DNA of 62,819 nt, filler included, from Circinaria calcarea (Eukaryota), in NCBI GenBank assembly GCA_051942165.1. It is 13 parts of 13 records of this genome, joined end to end, with 100 filler letters (N's around TTAATTAATTAA, not from the genome) between each part and the next. Parts side by side here need not be neighbours in the genome. Positions count along the whole stretch, not along the records: positions 9,716 to 14,471 come from JAVECS010002200.1; positions 14,572 to 19,319 come from JAVECS010002201.1; positions 19,420 to 24,167 come from JAVECS010002202.1; positions 24,268 to 29,010 come from JAVECS010002203.1; 9 more parts are not named here. One strand, 5' to 3'. The notes beneath the pieces are model-generated. The model saw nothing but the letters and a program-made list of their open reading frames with translations. It ran no database searches and was not told the origin of the DNA. Position numbers and translations under genes: made by a program. Positions 13,501 to 25,912 of this stretch are shown in pieces. The first letter of the stretch is position 1. The number at the start of each line of letters is the position of its first letter.

Positions 13501-14221
13501 AATCCGCGCTGATAGTGTCGGCTGTGTCGGTGTTGGAAAAGTGGGTATCCACGGACGGAGGCTTTACGCAAAGTAGCCAATCACATGGCGGAGGTGGGCA
13601 GACTAAAGAGGTGGGCAAGCGAAAGTAACATATACTATATTTCTATTTAGCTAGCCACCGGCTATGATAAAGTTTCTTGGGTGCGATTTAATCACTCTCC
13701 CGGGGAGATTCCTGTCTTGGGCCTTACTGCCGTCATAACATCTAAGTGAACTAGATGTTTTTTCAAAGATCGCATCTAATAGGAGAGATGGAAGGGGATA
13801 AAGCTCACGAGCTTGAAAGGGCTGGCTAGGGAAGTGCTGAAAGCCTTGGCGCTCTGCAGCACGTGTCGGTCACTGAATTAGTGGGTTTGTATGGAAGGGG
13901 GCCGCGTGGGAACTGTAGATCGTCTCGTTCGGATCTCGGTGATTTCGGCGACGGGCAAGCGACTTCGAGGACGACATAGTGATCCAAGTGCGCTTGAAAG
14001 TTTGCTGGAGGAAGGCAGGTGGGAGGCCTCGGCGTGCAACACGCTTACGGGGTAGGCGGCCTACGGTCCACTCTTCGTCACCACTCAAAGCAATTGCTGG
14101 AGGCTGTTCTGGATGAGGCGAGCCGTTTCGGGACAGTACGCTTTGACCAAAGTTTTATACTGTCCGCTCTAGTCAGCGCAGGCGTGGAGCGGGCACTAAT
14201 CATTAAACCCAGGCACTAACC

Positions 14222-14471
14222 CTCATCATCCTCCACCCGGTCCTCCGTAGTCCTCCTCCTCCTCCTCCTCTCTATCCCCCTCCTCCTTATTCTCCTCTTT
14301 TCTAACCCTCTCTTCCTCGTCCTTCTCGTCCTCCCTACCTATCTCACCATTCTCCTTCTCGTCCTTCCTACCCTTCTAGTCCACCTCGTAACCCTTCTCC
14401 TTAGCCTCACTACCCTCGTAGTCTTTCTTCCTACCCTCGTAGTCCCGGCCCCAACCCTCGTAGCCCTGCCC
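14222..14471. repeat. Low-complexity pyrimidine-rich tract with CCCTCGTAG-type repeats
   Basis: (CCT)n runs and repeated ACCCTCGTAG units up to the contig end. Confidence 0.6.
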
Positions 14472-14571
14472 NNNNNNNNNNNNNNNNNNNNNNNNNNNNN
14501 NNNNNNNNNNNNNNNTTAATTAATTAANNNNNNNNNNNNNNNNNNNNNNNNNNNNNNNNNNNNNNNNNNNN

Positions 14572-16873
14572 GACAGGGTTGGGAGTTCTGGAGGTTCGCT
14601 GGTGGGGGAGGTTCGCTTGTGGGCTTTTCGGTCGCGGTGGGGTTGGTCGGAGACATGGTGGGTTGGGTGTCGTGGTCGGGGTTGGTCTGGTGGCTGGGTG
14701 CGAAGGGTGTCAGGTCATCAAGGGGATGAGATCCGTGAACGGGCTCGTCAGCGGCAGGTGGATTGGCTGGGTTCACAACCCCCTTCTTCTTACGCTCGCC
14801 AGTGACGGGCTGTGGATTTGGAACTGCGTCCTCGAAGTTGGCGCTCGCAAAACTCCCAGTGTCGGGTTCTTTTGCTTCGATGGGTTTAGCAGGAACAAAG
14901 ATTTTCTTCTGAGCATTGGCAATTCTGGGCTGCTGCTGAGGTGGCGGCATGGCCTCACTTGAACGCAAAAGAAGAGCCGGGTTATCAGACTGGCTTGATT
15001 CTGTTAGAACTTGATAAGAGGCTGGAGGTGCCCAGACAGAGCTGTAAAGGTTACGCTTCGGCTTGCTGGCGTCTAGGACTTCAGTACCTGATGCTGGTAC
15101 CTCTAGTCGAACAGTTTCGGATCCGATTGCCTTGGAGCCTACAATCTGCTCGTTGCCAGGTGCTGAGGGCGAGGCATCAACGTTAGCCCCCTCCTTCACT
15201 TTTAGATTCTCCAGAGGGAGAGAGCAAGGATCCTTTGCGAAGACGACACGACACTGCTTGTAAGCACGCATGGTAGTCAGTTTACCATAGGCCCTCCCAG
15301 CTGCTTGAATTGACAAAAAATGAATCTCCAAGACGTTGTCAGACCGCATCTGTACGCGTTCAATTGCATCATATGTCAGGGTTTGATGAAGACGGAGATC
15401 CTTGCGCAACATGTTTGGTGTAATAGTGCGGGGATAGTTGAAGATTTCAAGACATCTAGTATGATGGTGTTGAAAGATGGCGGTGCTGAGCATAACCGAG
15501 AGTGGCCAAGTTGACGTTGTCAGTAGTTTCACATGGGCCTTCTGTCCACCAAAGTATAGGGGATTGTCCGCCACAAAGTCTTCAAATGCAAGGGCATCCT
15601 GACCATGAAGGAAAACGACTAACGCGGAGAACGACCTTGTGATACTCACAGTATCTAGGAGATCCGCAGAAACAATAATTCCGCCGCGAACATTAGCCAA
15701 CAGCTCGGACCTAGAGATCTTGGGAGGAAGATTCATAATGGAGATGGTACGCAAGGTACTCGATTGCTGCAAGGAAGGATTGTAGTGAATTCCGTAGCGA
15801 AAGAGATCAGGAAACTTCAAGTCTTCCGAGCCGGCAACCTGCCTGTTAATCTGGATTGCCGTTTGACGCTCGCCTACTGACGAGAAAAGCTTGTCAGGAC
15901 CGCAAGTAGCATCCTGAGTGTCTATTTCCAAGGGCCTTTTCGGTGGAGAAACGCTGCTTTTCGGCCCAGAAACGTTCCTTCGCGAGGGATGCTGTTCGGC
16001 ATAAGGATTTCGAGGTATTGTGGCAGTGTCTGCTTTCGGCGCTGTAAGCGTCTCCTCTTTTTCTTTTGCTCTAGCATTTCTAGAGCCTATCTTCTCGACT
16101 GCCGTACTCTCGTCCGAAGAAAAGTGGCGAATGGGAGACGATTCAGAATAGTCAAGAATTCCCGTCCGACTGTCCTTGCGAGCATCTTGTACGACACAAT
16201 CCCCAGAGGCCCCTAGATTTATTTGTGGAATACCGTACGTGTATGAGCCGAGGCTGTCAAGGTCATCATCAACTTCTGATTCCTGATTGGTATCATCGAG
16301 GTCGGGAAGGTCATCGACCGACAAACAGTCCAAGAGGTCAACCAAAGTGTTCTCGCTAGTATTCTGAGTAGAACAATTTGCTTCTGCACCAGCCTTGGGG
16401 CAGGTGAGTCGAGTGTGTGCACTTCCACTCTCATTAGAACCATGGCTATCGGGAGAGACCATCTGTGTGTGAACATTATTGCCCCAAAGCATTACAGCCT
16501 TCCGTAGTTTTAGACGAAGATGAGACTTCTCCTTCTGGGACTGACGTAGCTTGCGTCGGAGTCTCTGAAGGTCTTCCCGATCGTCGGTATCACTGGGAGC
16601 AGCGCCATGATTCTTCGCAGTCATATACAGTAGGTATTGGGTGGCCTGATCAGCTTGTTGTTTATCGGCGTATACTTGTGCAAGCTGCGTCTCCAAAACG
16701 GCAATCCGTCGATGCAAGGCTGTGAGGACATTTACCTGCTCGACTTGATGCACGTACTGTGCAGCCATGCTACTCGGGTTTGAATGATAAGGGTGTGGCT
16801 GAGCATAACCTTGATGCTGGGGTAAGGTTTCATTGCGTGGGAAACAGGTCGCGGTAGGGTTAAGACTAGCCAT
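14572..16873 (-). CDS. Uncharacterised fungal protein with N-terminal coiled coil and two RRM-like domains, 3'-truncated
   Basis: Intronless ORF of about 767 aa up to the linker. RRM-like segments are RTISIMNLPPKISRSELLANVRGG..SALVVFL and TRCLEIFNYP..LEIHFLSIQAA..VVFAKDPC. Confidence 0.75.
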
Positions 16874-18550
16874 AACGACTAATCAGGTCAGTTGGAGGTA
16901 TCCACCATTTAACTTGTGTCCTTTTTCCGCGAGGTGTAGGGGATATCCCAAGGGCGATTTTAGAGCATAGAAATAGTTATGATAAGACTCTGGTCAATGA
17001 CGTACATAGTTGTATAACATGTATAAGATGGTATGCACAGAATAATTTGAGCGTAATAGATGCCCAGCAACGCCACTTAAAAGCTTGATAAGGAGCTAGT
17101 AAATACTAGTCCAGTGATGATGGTAAAGCTTGAATTAAGCTTTATTGGTGAAGAAGGAGCATCATGGAATGGAAACATCAGAATAATGATAAGAATATAC
17201 TAACCTTGCTAAGTGATAGACCCTTGAGTTGAAAGCTGAGTGATGGTGAGGCTGAATTTGTTTAGAAGTGAAAGAAGTATCGTGAAAGGAATAAGGATGT
17301 GGTCGGGAATCTGCTCCTATGGGGCTTGAGGGACGGGGGGAGGCTACGTATAGAGAGTTGCCGTGGTAAGAAAGAGTGGTAATGGAGGACCGTGATAAGA
17401 TGAAGGAGAACAGCCCAAGATGAGTTGAAAGCTGAGTGGGAGGTGCAGGTGTAAGACGGTACGGTAGTTGAAGGAGAAGAAAGATAAGAAGAAGAAGGAG
17501 AAATGTCCAAGGAAAGTAGAGCATACAACGCTAAGCGAGACGCTAAGGGTACAGAGTCACGTGACAGTGAATGCTTCTGAAGCAGAAGCGCTAGTTCGAA
17601 AACGAACAAGGCCACCAAAAGAGCAATAGTACTGCCACGCTTTTAATGCATATATACTGATAAAAAAGGTATATTGCTTGGGATGTGTAGCGACGCAGCC
17701 CGCCCGGTGCTCATCAGACGGTAATGCGGTCCCAGCCCACAAAGATGGATTGTGAGATCATGCCGCTCATAATTGTAGCAGGTATCAGAATTGGCCAATA
17801 AGCGCTGAAGAGAGACTCCACTTGCACGAAAACACGGAGAAGTGGGAGGAACACTGAGAATGTTGAGAGAAGGCTCGGAGGGACAATCCTAGGGCCGTAA
17901 GTTATTCCGATGCCTGTATTTGTAAGCCTAACTAGTGTGAGTGAATTCAAGGTAACAAGCATTCGCTGATGTTGAGCTCCCCTTGGAGTCTTTTTGATTT
18001 GTTCTGCTATCCACCAATGTCGATGATACGATGAGAACCATATGGTATATCGGGCTCGCGGTTGCCAGAAAAACACAGACACAGATTTGCCCGACCGTAG
18101 AGTTACCGCCTAATTCTGGTCCCTAAGTTTGTGAGGACCCCGCAAGCGTAGGGGCTACTCAGGCGAGACACGCCGGAGCTAATTACGGCCGGCGAGTTCT
18201 GGATGTCCGTTGGGGAGCCCTCTGTATTCTGCAGGCTAATCGCAAGGCTTCCCTTGGTCTATCTGAGGTGGTACGACCTGATAAGAGGAGCAATGACAGT
18301 GCGGCCGAGAGATCACCAATGATGATTGGTGTGGTCACCCACCCTTCTGACAAGGCGGGGTACGGTCTGGAGTAAAAGTAGTGACTCTATCAAGAGGGCT
18401 TATGCAGAGTGGGGATTGATTTAGGGCGAATGGAAGAGTAACAGGATCTACAGATAGGGCAGGTTGTACTACTCTTTTCGTCCTAGAGTTAATGCTCGAT
18501 CATTCTCGTCCTTCTTCCTCGTCCACGTACTCGGAGAGTGCTCGGAAAAG

Positions 18551-19319
18551 ATGAAGCCAATCGTGGAACACGTCGATAGCGACAGCGGCCATTCCCCGTC
18601 GGACGATGAGAAGAAGATTGGTCATGTCGATGAAGCCGCCTTCACCGGACACGGCCACCTCCCGCCAGACCCGGATGAAGGCGCAAACGATGAAGAGAGA
18701 GCGCGCATTGTAAGTAGAAAGACATCCTATGCGAATGGGAAGGGTCTAATTCGATCGCCGATGTTAGGATGCAAAGCTGGTGAGGAAGCTTGATTTCAAG
18801 CTGATTCCATGGCTGTGTCTCCTCTATTTGATTTCGTTCCTCGACCGTAAGTACACTTTCCAATTGGAAGTTAATTATACTGAAAAATCTAGGCACGAAT
18901 ATCGGGAACGCAAGATTAGATGGCCTCATAACAGACCTCAACCTGACCTCAGGCAATTACAACGCTAGCCTATCGATCTTCTTCGTCTCATATTCCTTGT
19001 TTGAACCGCTCACCAATATCCTCCTTAAACGCCTTAAACCCAGTATCTTCATTCCAGCAATCATGATAGCCTGGGGTATTATAATGGTAACCATGGGATT
19101 ATGCCACGACTACAACGGCCTCATGACGGCACGGTTCTTCCTTGGAATGGCAGAGGCAGGCTTGTTCCCTGGGATCAACTATTACCTGTCATGCTGGTAT
19201 AAGAGGAACGAGTTCGGTGTCAGGGCTGCCGTATTCTTCTCCGCTGCAGCTGTAGCCGGATCCTTTGGTGGTCTTCTGGCCGCTGCAATCGGGAAGATGG
19301 GCGGAGAAGGGGGTGGAAG
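18551..19319 (+). CDS. MFS transporter, allantoate/nicotinate (Dal5/Tna1, ACS) family, 3'-truncated
   Basis: Introns 18710-18767 and 18847-18892. Motifs KLDFKLIPWLCLLYLISFLDRTNIGNAR and ARFFLGMAEAGLFPGINYYLSCWYKRNE. Confidence 0.92.
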
Positions 19320-19419
19320 NNNNNNNNNNNNNNNNNNNNNNNNNNNNNNNNNNNNNNNNNNNNTTAATTAATTAANNNNNNNNNNNNNNNNNNNNNNNNN
19401 NNNNNNNNNNNNNNNNNNN

Positions 19420-20189
19420 AAGTCATTCGGATTTGTCAAAGTGGGTAGGCGAATTCTTTACAGACTCACCGAGTTCGCCGCCTTCTAATGTCCCTGCAAT
19501 TGACACCACCCCATCCAAATACTACGGTGGCGAGGAGCGCATAGCTCATGATGCAGGTAATACCATGATTCTTGCCTTTCCAGGATCGAGCTCCTTTACC
19601 GGCGGATCATATAAACCCGAGATCTCCGTACTTGCAGCTCTCCTTGGGGGCGAGTCCAACATCAAATGGTCACCAGGATTTTCATTGCTTTCGAGGGCTA
19701 CGGCAGCTCTTCCTCAAGTTCATGTTGCAACTACACATGCGGTTTACTCGGATACCGGCTTATTATGTATTTCCTTAACTGGTAATGCCGACCAAGTGAG
19801 GGAAGCCAGTACGGAGGCCGTAAAAACGATAAAGAGCATTGCTGCCGGTGAGGTCAGCAAGGAGGATATCAAGAAGGCTATCGCGTCTGCCAAATTCAAG
19901 GCGCTTGAATCAGGCGAGAACATTGCTGCAGGTCTTGAATTAACAGGCGCTGGGCTTGTTCATGGGGGGAAAGCCCATCAAATTGATGAGGTCGGAAAGA
20001 GCATCGATGGAGTAACGGAGGAACAGGTGAAGAAGGTAATTGCCGATGCGCCCAAATCTTATCCATACAATCACTAACCATCCATTTCTCTAGGCTGCTA
20101 AGACAATGCTCGAAAGCAGGGCGACCGTGTCAAGCGTTGGAGATCTTTACGTGCTTCCATTTGCCGAAGATATTGGGTTGAGGGTGTAA
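19420..20189 (+). CDS. QCR2: Cytochrome bc1 complex core subunit 2, 5'-truncated
   Basis: SKYYGGEERIAH, VLAALLGGESNIKWSPGFS, YSDTGLL, intron 20036-20093 and last exon ending VGDLYVLPFAEDIGLRV*. Confidence 0.93.
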
Positions 20190-20627
20190 TATATCGTCGC
20201 TATGGTTCAATTGTATTATAGCCATGGACGAAAGATGAAAGCGTCATCGTTGTTTCTGTATACTTTGCGCCTATTAAAATTTCGCCCTCAGCGCCGTAGA
20301 CTTGCGCTTTACTCCAGATTATCTTCCGTCTAACTTTACGCCCCCCTCCTATTATCTAAGAGACTAGTTTTGACTGTTCCATATGCAAAATTAAATCGGA
20401 AGATGCCTCGGGGAGGCTGATTATTCAAGTTGAAATATAAATCGGAAATATGCAATTTCATACCTTAAGGTGCAATTTCATACTCCACCCCCAAATTTCA
20501 AGGGTTACCCTAATAGGCACATTACTGCCAGGAGGGTATTGGCCCGAAGAACCCACTGAATGCGGTAAGTTAATAGCTTGAGCCACTAGGCCAAGTCCAC
20601 TATTATAAGGTTGTGATCGCAAAAGGT

Positions 20628-20730
20628 CACTGTCGCAAAAACCCACTGTCGCAGAAATCACTGCCGCCGAAGTCACTGCCGCCAATGGCACTGCCGTCAA
20701 TGACATTACGATACAGTGGCATTGCGACAG
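20628..20730. repeat. Degenerate 15-bp tandem repeat (CACTGYCGCNNNNNN x~6)
   Basis: cactgtcgcaaaaacc cactgtcgcagaaat cactgccgccgaagt cactgccgccaatgg cactgccgtcaatga. Confidence 0.7.
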
Positions 20731-21074
20731 CGACCTATTAAAACCGCGATAGTGAACTTGGCCCATTAACCTCTGGCCTATACCCTCCTAACAGTAGTGT
20801 GTCCTTTATGGTAAGCCCTGGAATTTGGGGGTGGGGGTATGAAATCGCATGTTTCCGAATATAAATAGATTGTACTCTTTTCTTTTGAACCAGTCAAATC
20901 GAAAGTCAGATGGAGGACGTTGAAAGTCAAATGGAGGGTTCCGAAAGCCGATGGAGGATTTTTGGGTGGTTGCACTAGAACATAAGCGTGCTAAGCCACT
21001 CCATTCACATCTTTACTTAAGGGGATGTACTTCGTACGGTGTTACTGATGTGGCCCTTTAAAATCCTCAAGTCC

Positions 21075-21868
21075 ATGTCGTCCTCGATGCATACAATGCC
21101 GGCAGAGAACATCGTCCCAGTTGTTCCCAATCAAGCGGGAGCTCCAGGGAGTGCTTCCAGCCTCGAGAAAATTCTCCTGATTCAACGCTCGGGAAATAAT
21201 ACCTCCAGCCGGGAAGACGATCAGCCGCAGATTGAAATCGCTACTTTATCACCACCGGTCGGACAGTTTGTGATCAGTACAATACTCAACGTTGCGGGAT
21301 TTGCAGCTACTATCGCATTCGGGGTCTTCGCTATCCGTTCTGTGAGCCTGGCCATTGCGTCTAACAATGCCGCTCATGAGGGTAACACGTACGCGTCAAA
21401 AGCCAATGACTTGGCATCATCCGCCAATGCGATAGCGGCTATGGCAAACGATCAGTCCGTGATTGCAAATCAACTGGCACTGATTGGACTATGCCTTTCA
21501 AATCAAGAGGTGAGTGCCCTGGCTCGGGTACAAATAGGGCCTCTGTTATCAGTCACTGTCGTAGCGGAGTTCGAGCAGGAAGTCCATTCCAAAGATGGGA
21601 CCCACCCTAAGCGCTTCCCAGCTTTTTGGTCATTCTTGGAACGAACCTTGAGCTTCTACAGTGCACATCCGATTTACTTACTGTTCATTAGAATTTAAAT
21701 ACCTCGGCATGCACTCAAATCCTCCAGAAGGCACCGTATGTTCTACCGAGTGCCGCCTCAAAGTTGAATCTTTTAACAATCACCGCTAGCCCTCCAGCCG
21801 CTAGTTCAACCTCACCTGCCAATGATACCCGTTCATTTACCCGTTCAATTACCCGCGATGAGCTGTAA
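21075..21868 (+). CDS. Hypothetical membrane protein with Ala/Asn-rich coil, predicted C-terminus RDEL
   Basis: Hydrophobic segment ILNVAGFAATIAFGVFAI, then ANQLALIGLC. A putative phase-0 intron 21510-21691 (GTGAGT..TAG) gives an open second exon NLNTSACTQIL...ITRDEL*. Confidence 0.55.
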
Positions 21869-22558
21869 TGGTTAGGGAATACCTGATGAGATAACTACGG
21901 AATGAGATTGGTACAATACATGTATGTTGTTGCTGGGTACCTATATAGCTACAGAATTTAAACCTTGGCCCTGAACTTCTGACTCCAATTCAAGCCATAA
22001 CAAGCGATAATCAGCCTAGCAAAGCTCTAGAAAACCCAATTCGGATGCATCTAAATAATGCACAGGTACCGTATCAATCCTCGCCAGAACTCTTATTGAT
22101 CCGTGGTTTTAGTGCTTTGCAGTACCGATCACGGTACTGTCCATTAAGTATTCCTTGAAACGCAACCCCACGCGTTTACTTGACACATCATCTCGGGGCC
22201 CTCCTCAGCAGAAGAAGCGAGTACTGCAAGACCGACAGGCAACCTGTGTGAGGATAGCTTGGAAGGAACGACAGTCGTGCGGCTCTTGGTCAGAAACCCC
22301 GTTTCACATATATTATAGTCAAGAGAAAAAATGCGGTGAAACTTGAGATTGAGCCGATATGTTCATGCAACGGAGCAAAGATCATTGCATTGACTATGTT
22401 CAAGAGACTCCGCTAAGATACTGCTCGGCCTACGTAAGCCCCAACACCGACAACTGTGGCAAGCTCGTAAGGTAGAATTAGCAACATGGGTAACTAAACC
22501 GCAATCGATGAAACAGCTAGATAGTCATCAGGACCAAATTCACGCAAAGCTGGATCAC

Positions 22559-22916
22559 TGTACAGAGTACGGACTTCGCCGGCTAGAATACACCAGGGGC
22601 TGTATTATGAATAATACAGACCCTGAACCCTGTTTCGCACGCAAAAAAGGTCCGTGCAATAGAATACTGTATTCTAGCCAGCGGAGTCTGTACTCTGTAG
22701 AGTCACTCCGGTATGCACGATTACTAGGAACGTAATATTGGTCTATTGTTGTCCCATGGATGGCTATAAGCACGCTATTCTAAAGAGCGGGAATAGCCTG
22801 CCTACATAGTACTGTTGCTCCCGTTGATCCCCAGTGCTCGCACTGGGGACAACCGGCTCCTAGTTCCCCCCATTTCCGACCCTTGGTCAGCCAGGGTATG
22901 GAGTGGCGCCATAACA
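22559..22916 (-). mobile_element. Solo LTR, family B (358 bp) with 5-bp TSD ATCAC
   Basis: TG...CA termini, ATCAC at 22554-22558 and 22917-22921. The reverse strand starts TGTTATGGCGCCA, as does the copy at 38440. Confidence 0.85.
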
Positions 22917-23205
22917 ATCACCCTGTGCGTATTCATTAGAATTTATTCGAGGACTGGATTATAGGGAATTTAATGCCTAATGATATTGTAATTAGTAATA
23001 AGTAATAAAGAATACCTTAGATGCACTGGGACATCATTTTCGAATACGGAGTAGATGTCTAGAAAGAGCAATTGTTACTTCGTAATTATGAAGGACATAT
23101 GAGCCAATCGTATCGGAGTCTCGGCAGCGATTTTCCCCGGCCTCTCCAATTCGAGAAACTCCAAAACAAAGCATTAAGCAGAGCTTCCACACTCCAATTA
23201 ACACT

Positions 23206-23547
23206 ATGGCATTCGCATGGAAAGCCTCAGGCTTGACGTAAGTCAGTTGGTTCGTGCTAATTGATAAAACTGACGTCCGCCAGCTACAATCGGTACCTGG
23301 CTGTCGCAGCTCGCGTTGTCCGACGCTCCCTTAAAGAACAGCCACGACTACAAGCGGAGAAGAGGGGAGAGATGGATCTGAGATTTGCCAAGTGGGAGGT
23401 CAGTTGACCTTCGAGCAAAGCTTTATTAAAAGCGGTGGATGTCCGGGGCTGATAACCTAGCAGAACGGCAAGCAGGGAGAGAATAAAAATCTGGCAACAG
23501 CGAACGCAAATGCAATGGCTGCCGGAGCTGGACAAGGGCAGCAATAG
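23206..23547 (+). CDS. ATP15: Mitochondrial ATP synthase epsilon subunit
   Basis: Three exons (introns 23238-23283 and 23399-23463) give MAFAWKASGLTYNRYLAVAARVVRRSLKEQPRLQAEKRGEMDLRFAKWENGKQGE...*. Confidence 0.95.
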
Positions 23548-23733
23548 AAAACTTAGCTTGAGGGGGGAGTCCAGGATGGGCACTCATAGGTGACCGGGTC
23601 TTTGTACATTTATAGCCTTTCCGATGCTGTAGAACATCAACCTATGAAATCTCGCCTACCAGAGCTCCGTATCGTGCAGCATAATCCCAAGTAAACTTAT
23701 GTATCATCTGTCGAGACCATTCATGACCCTGCA

Positions 23734-24167
23734 ATGGAGACTGCCGACGAGGAAGCCATAAGACGAGGTGTGTAGTCAATCGTTAATCACTTCCTCTTGC
23801 CTACCAGCTGACCCCAACCGTCGTAGGCGCATCCCAGCTTCGACTTGAGGGCGAAACCAAACAGCCACCTGAATCGCAGAACCTAAAGTGGCGGACAAGT
23901 ACATCAAAGATCTCGAACGCGGGCAGTCAGGCCAAAGACGTTACCACCAAATTCGGAGAAGCTGCAGCAGGTTTGATGCCCTCCTCATGGAAAATTACAG
24001 CCGCATTTATTGACATGACCCATAGCGCTCTCCACTGGCCAACTCGTCAAAGATGAATATTTTACACTTTTCGAAGCCGTGGGTGCATTGGAGGTATGAG
24101 GTTCCTAGGTGGAGAATTGCCGTGGCCGAATCGCCAGGCTAAAGACTGATAGAAGTACGTTGGAATT
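23734..24167 (+). CDS. MAK10: NatC N-acetyltransferase auxiliary subunit Mak10/Naa35, 3'-truncated
   Basis: Spliced N-terminus contains DVTTKFGEAAAALSTGQLVKDEYFTLFEAVGALE followed by a GTATGA donor. Confidence 0.88.
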
Positions 24168-24267
24168 NNNNNNNNNNNNNNNNNNNNNNNNNNNNNNNNN
24201 NNNNNNNNNNNTTAATTAATTAANNNNNNNNNNNNNNNNNNNNNNNNNNNNNNNNNNNNNNNNNNNN

Positions 24268-25912
24268 ATGGCGGTCCTGCAGGACTCATTTACGGGTTTC
24301 TCTTCGCCTGGCTAGGGACCGGCCTCCAAGCCTTAGTCATGGGAGAAATGGGTAGTATGATTCCGCTCGCCGGTGGCTACTACAACTGGTGGGAAACCAT
24401 GAAATCAATTCCAAGAGTTCTTTGACTGACGTGGTTTTAGGGTCGCTATCCTGGCTCCCCCGTCGTGCTCGAAGTTTCTCAGCTACCTGACTGGCTGGAT
24501 GACGGTAATTGGCTATCAAGCAAACATCGCTAGCGTTGCCTTTCTTAGCGGAACCATGATTCAAGGTCTCCTCATTCTGAATTATCCAGACTACGATTCC
24601 CAGAGATGGCACGGCACGCTGCTGTTCTATGCTGTTCTTATTCTCAGCCTGGTCATCAACACATACTTGGCCCGCCTGCTCCCCAAGATCGAAGCAGTTG
24701 TGCTGGTCGTCCATGTCATTGGCTTCTTCTGCATATTGATCCCCCTGGTATACCTTGCTCCGCGTGGCTCGGTCAAGGACGTCTTCGCCACTTTTGCTAA
24801 TGACGGCGGCTGGAGTTCGAATGGGCTGGCCTTTTTTGTTGGATTATCTACGAGCATGTATTCTTTCGTTGGTACTTCGCATCTACCCAACGATCGCTAC
24901 AGTACAAGCTAACACTTCGCAGGATCCGACGCAGCCACTCATATGGGTAAGGGATGACTCTGATGAATTGCCGGCTTATGAATAGCAAGCACTGAATTTT
25001 ACTGTTAACAGCGGAAGAAATCGAGACTGCTTCTACCGTCATCCCTAGGTCGATGCTCGCGTCAGTGGCTCTGAATGGTGTACTAGGTCTGGGAATGTTG
25101 ATCGCAGCGCTGTTCTGCCTCGGCGATAAGGAACTTGCGTTGGACTCGCGGACAGGCTTCCCATTCATAGAAGTCTTCCTCAACGCAACAGGCACAAATG
25201 GTGCTGCATCGGTGATGGTATGTATATGTATTGATAACAAGCCCTTGCTAGCACATGATGGTAACAACCGTGCTAACCCTTACGAGGCTTCCATCCTCAT
25301 CGCCGCATTCGTCTTCGCGACAGTCGGCTACCTCGCAACCGCGTCACGAATGACCTGGGCCTTTGCACGGGAAAGAGGTCTCCCTGGGTCGGCTCTCCTC
25401 GGGAAGGTTCGTTGTATTCCCAGGCGGCATCCCATCTTCCTCACAAACAACTAAAACCCCCGTGCTCAACCTAGGTGGAGCCCCGCACCCTTCTTCCCCT
25501 CTGGAGCATCGGCCTCTCAACCTTAATCTCCCTCCTACTCGCCCTCATTCATATCGGCTCCACTCAAGCCTTCTCTGCTCTAATCTCGGTCATCATAGCA
25601 GGCTACTACTCCGCCTTCTCCCTCTCCGCCGGTGTTCTCCTCCACAAGCGCCTCACCACCCCGAGCGAGCACATGTTTTACGGACCCTATCAACTCGGCC
25701 GTGCTGGCGTTCCCATCATCATCCTGTCATTGGTGTACAGTATCATCGGGATCTTCTTCAGCTTCTGGCCCGCAAACGTGGATGTGACACCACTAACAAT
25801 GAACTATTCCATTATGGTTTTCGGAGGGGTAACTATCTTCTGTATGGTCTTTTGGGTGGTGTATGGAAGGAAGGTATATACGGGGCCGATATTGGAAATC
25901 ATGCCGATTTAG
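24268..25912 (+). CDS. APC amino-acid/choline/GABA permease (Hnm1/Uga4-like), 5'-truncated
   Basis: GGPAGLIYGFL, EMGSMIPLAGGYYNW, DAATHMAEEI, SRMTWAFARERGLPGS and MNYSIMVFGG, with several GT-AG introns. Confidence 0.92.

Noticed and set aside
17111..17240. C/D box snoRNA (GTGATGA...CTGA)
   Set aside because: No convincing terminal stem or recognisable rRNA guide sequence.
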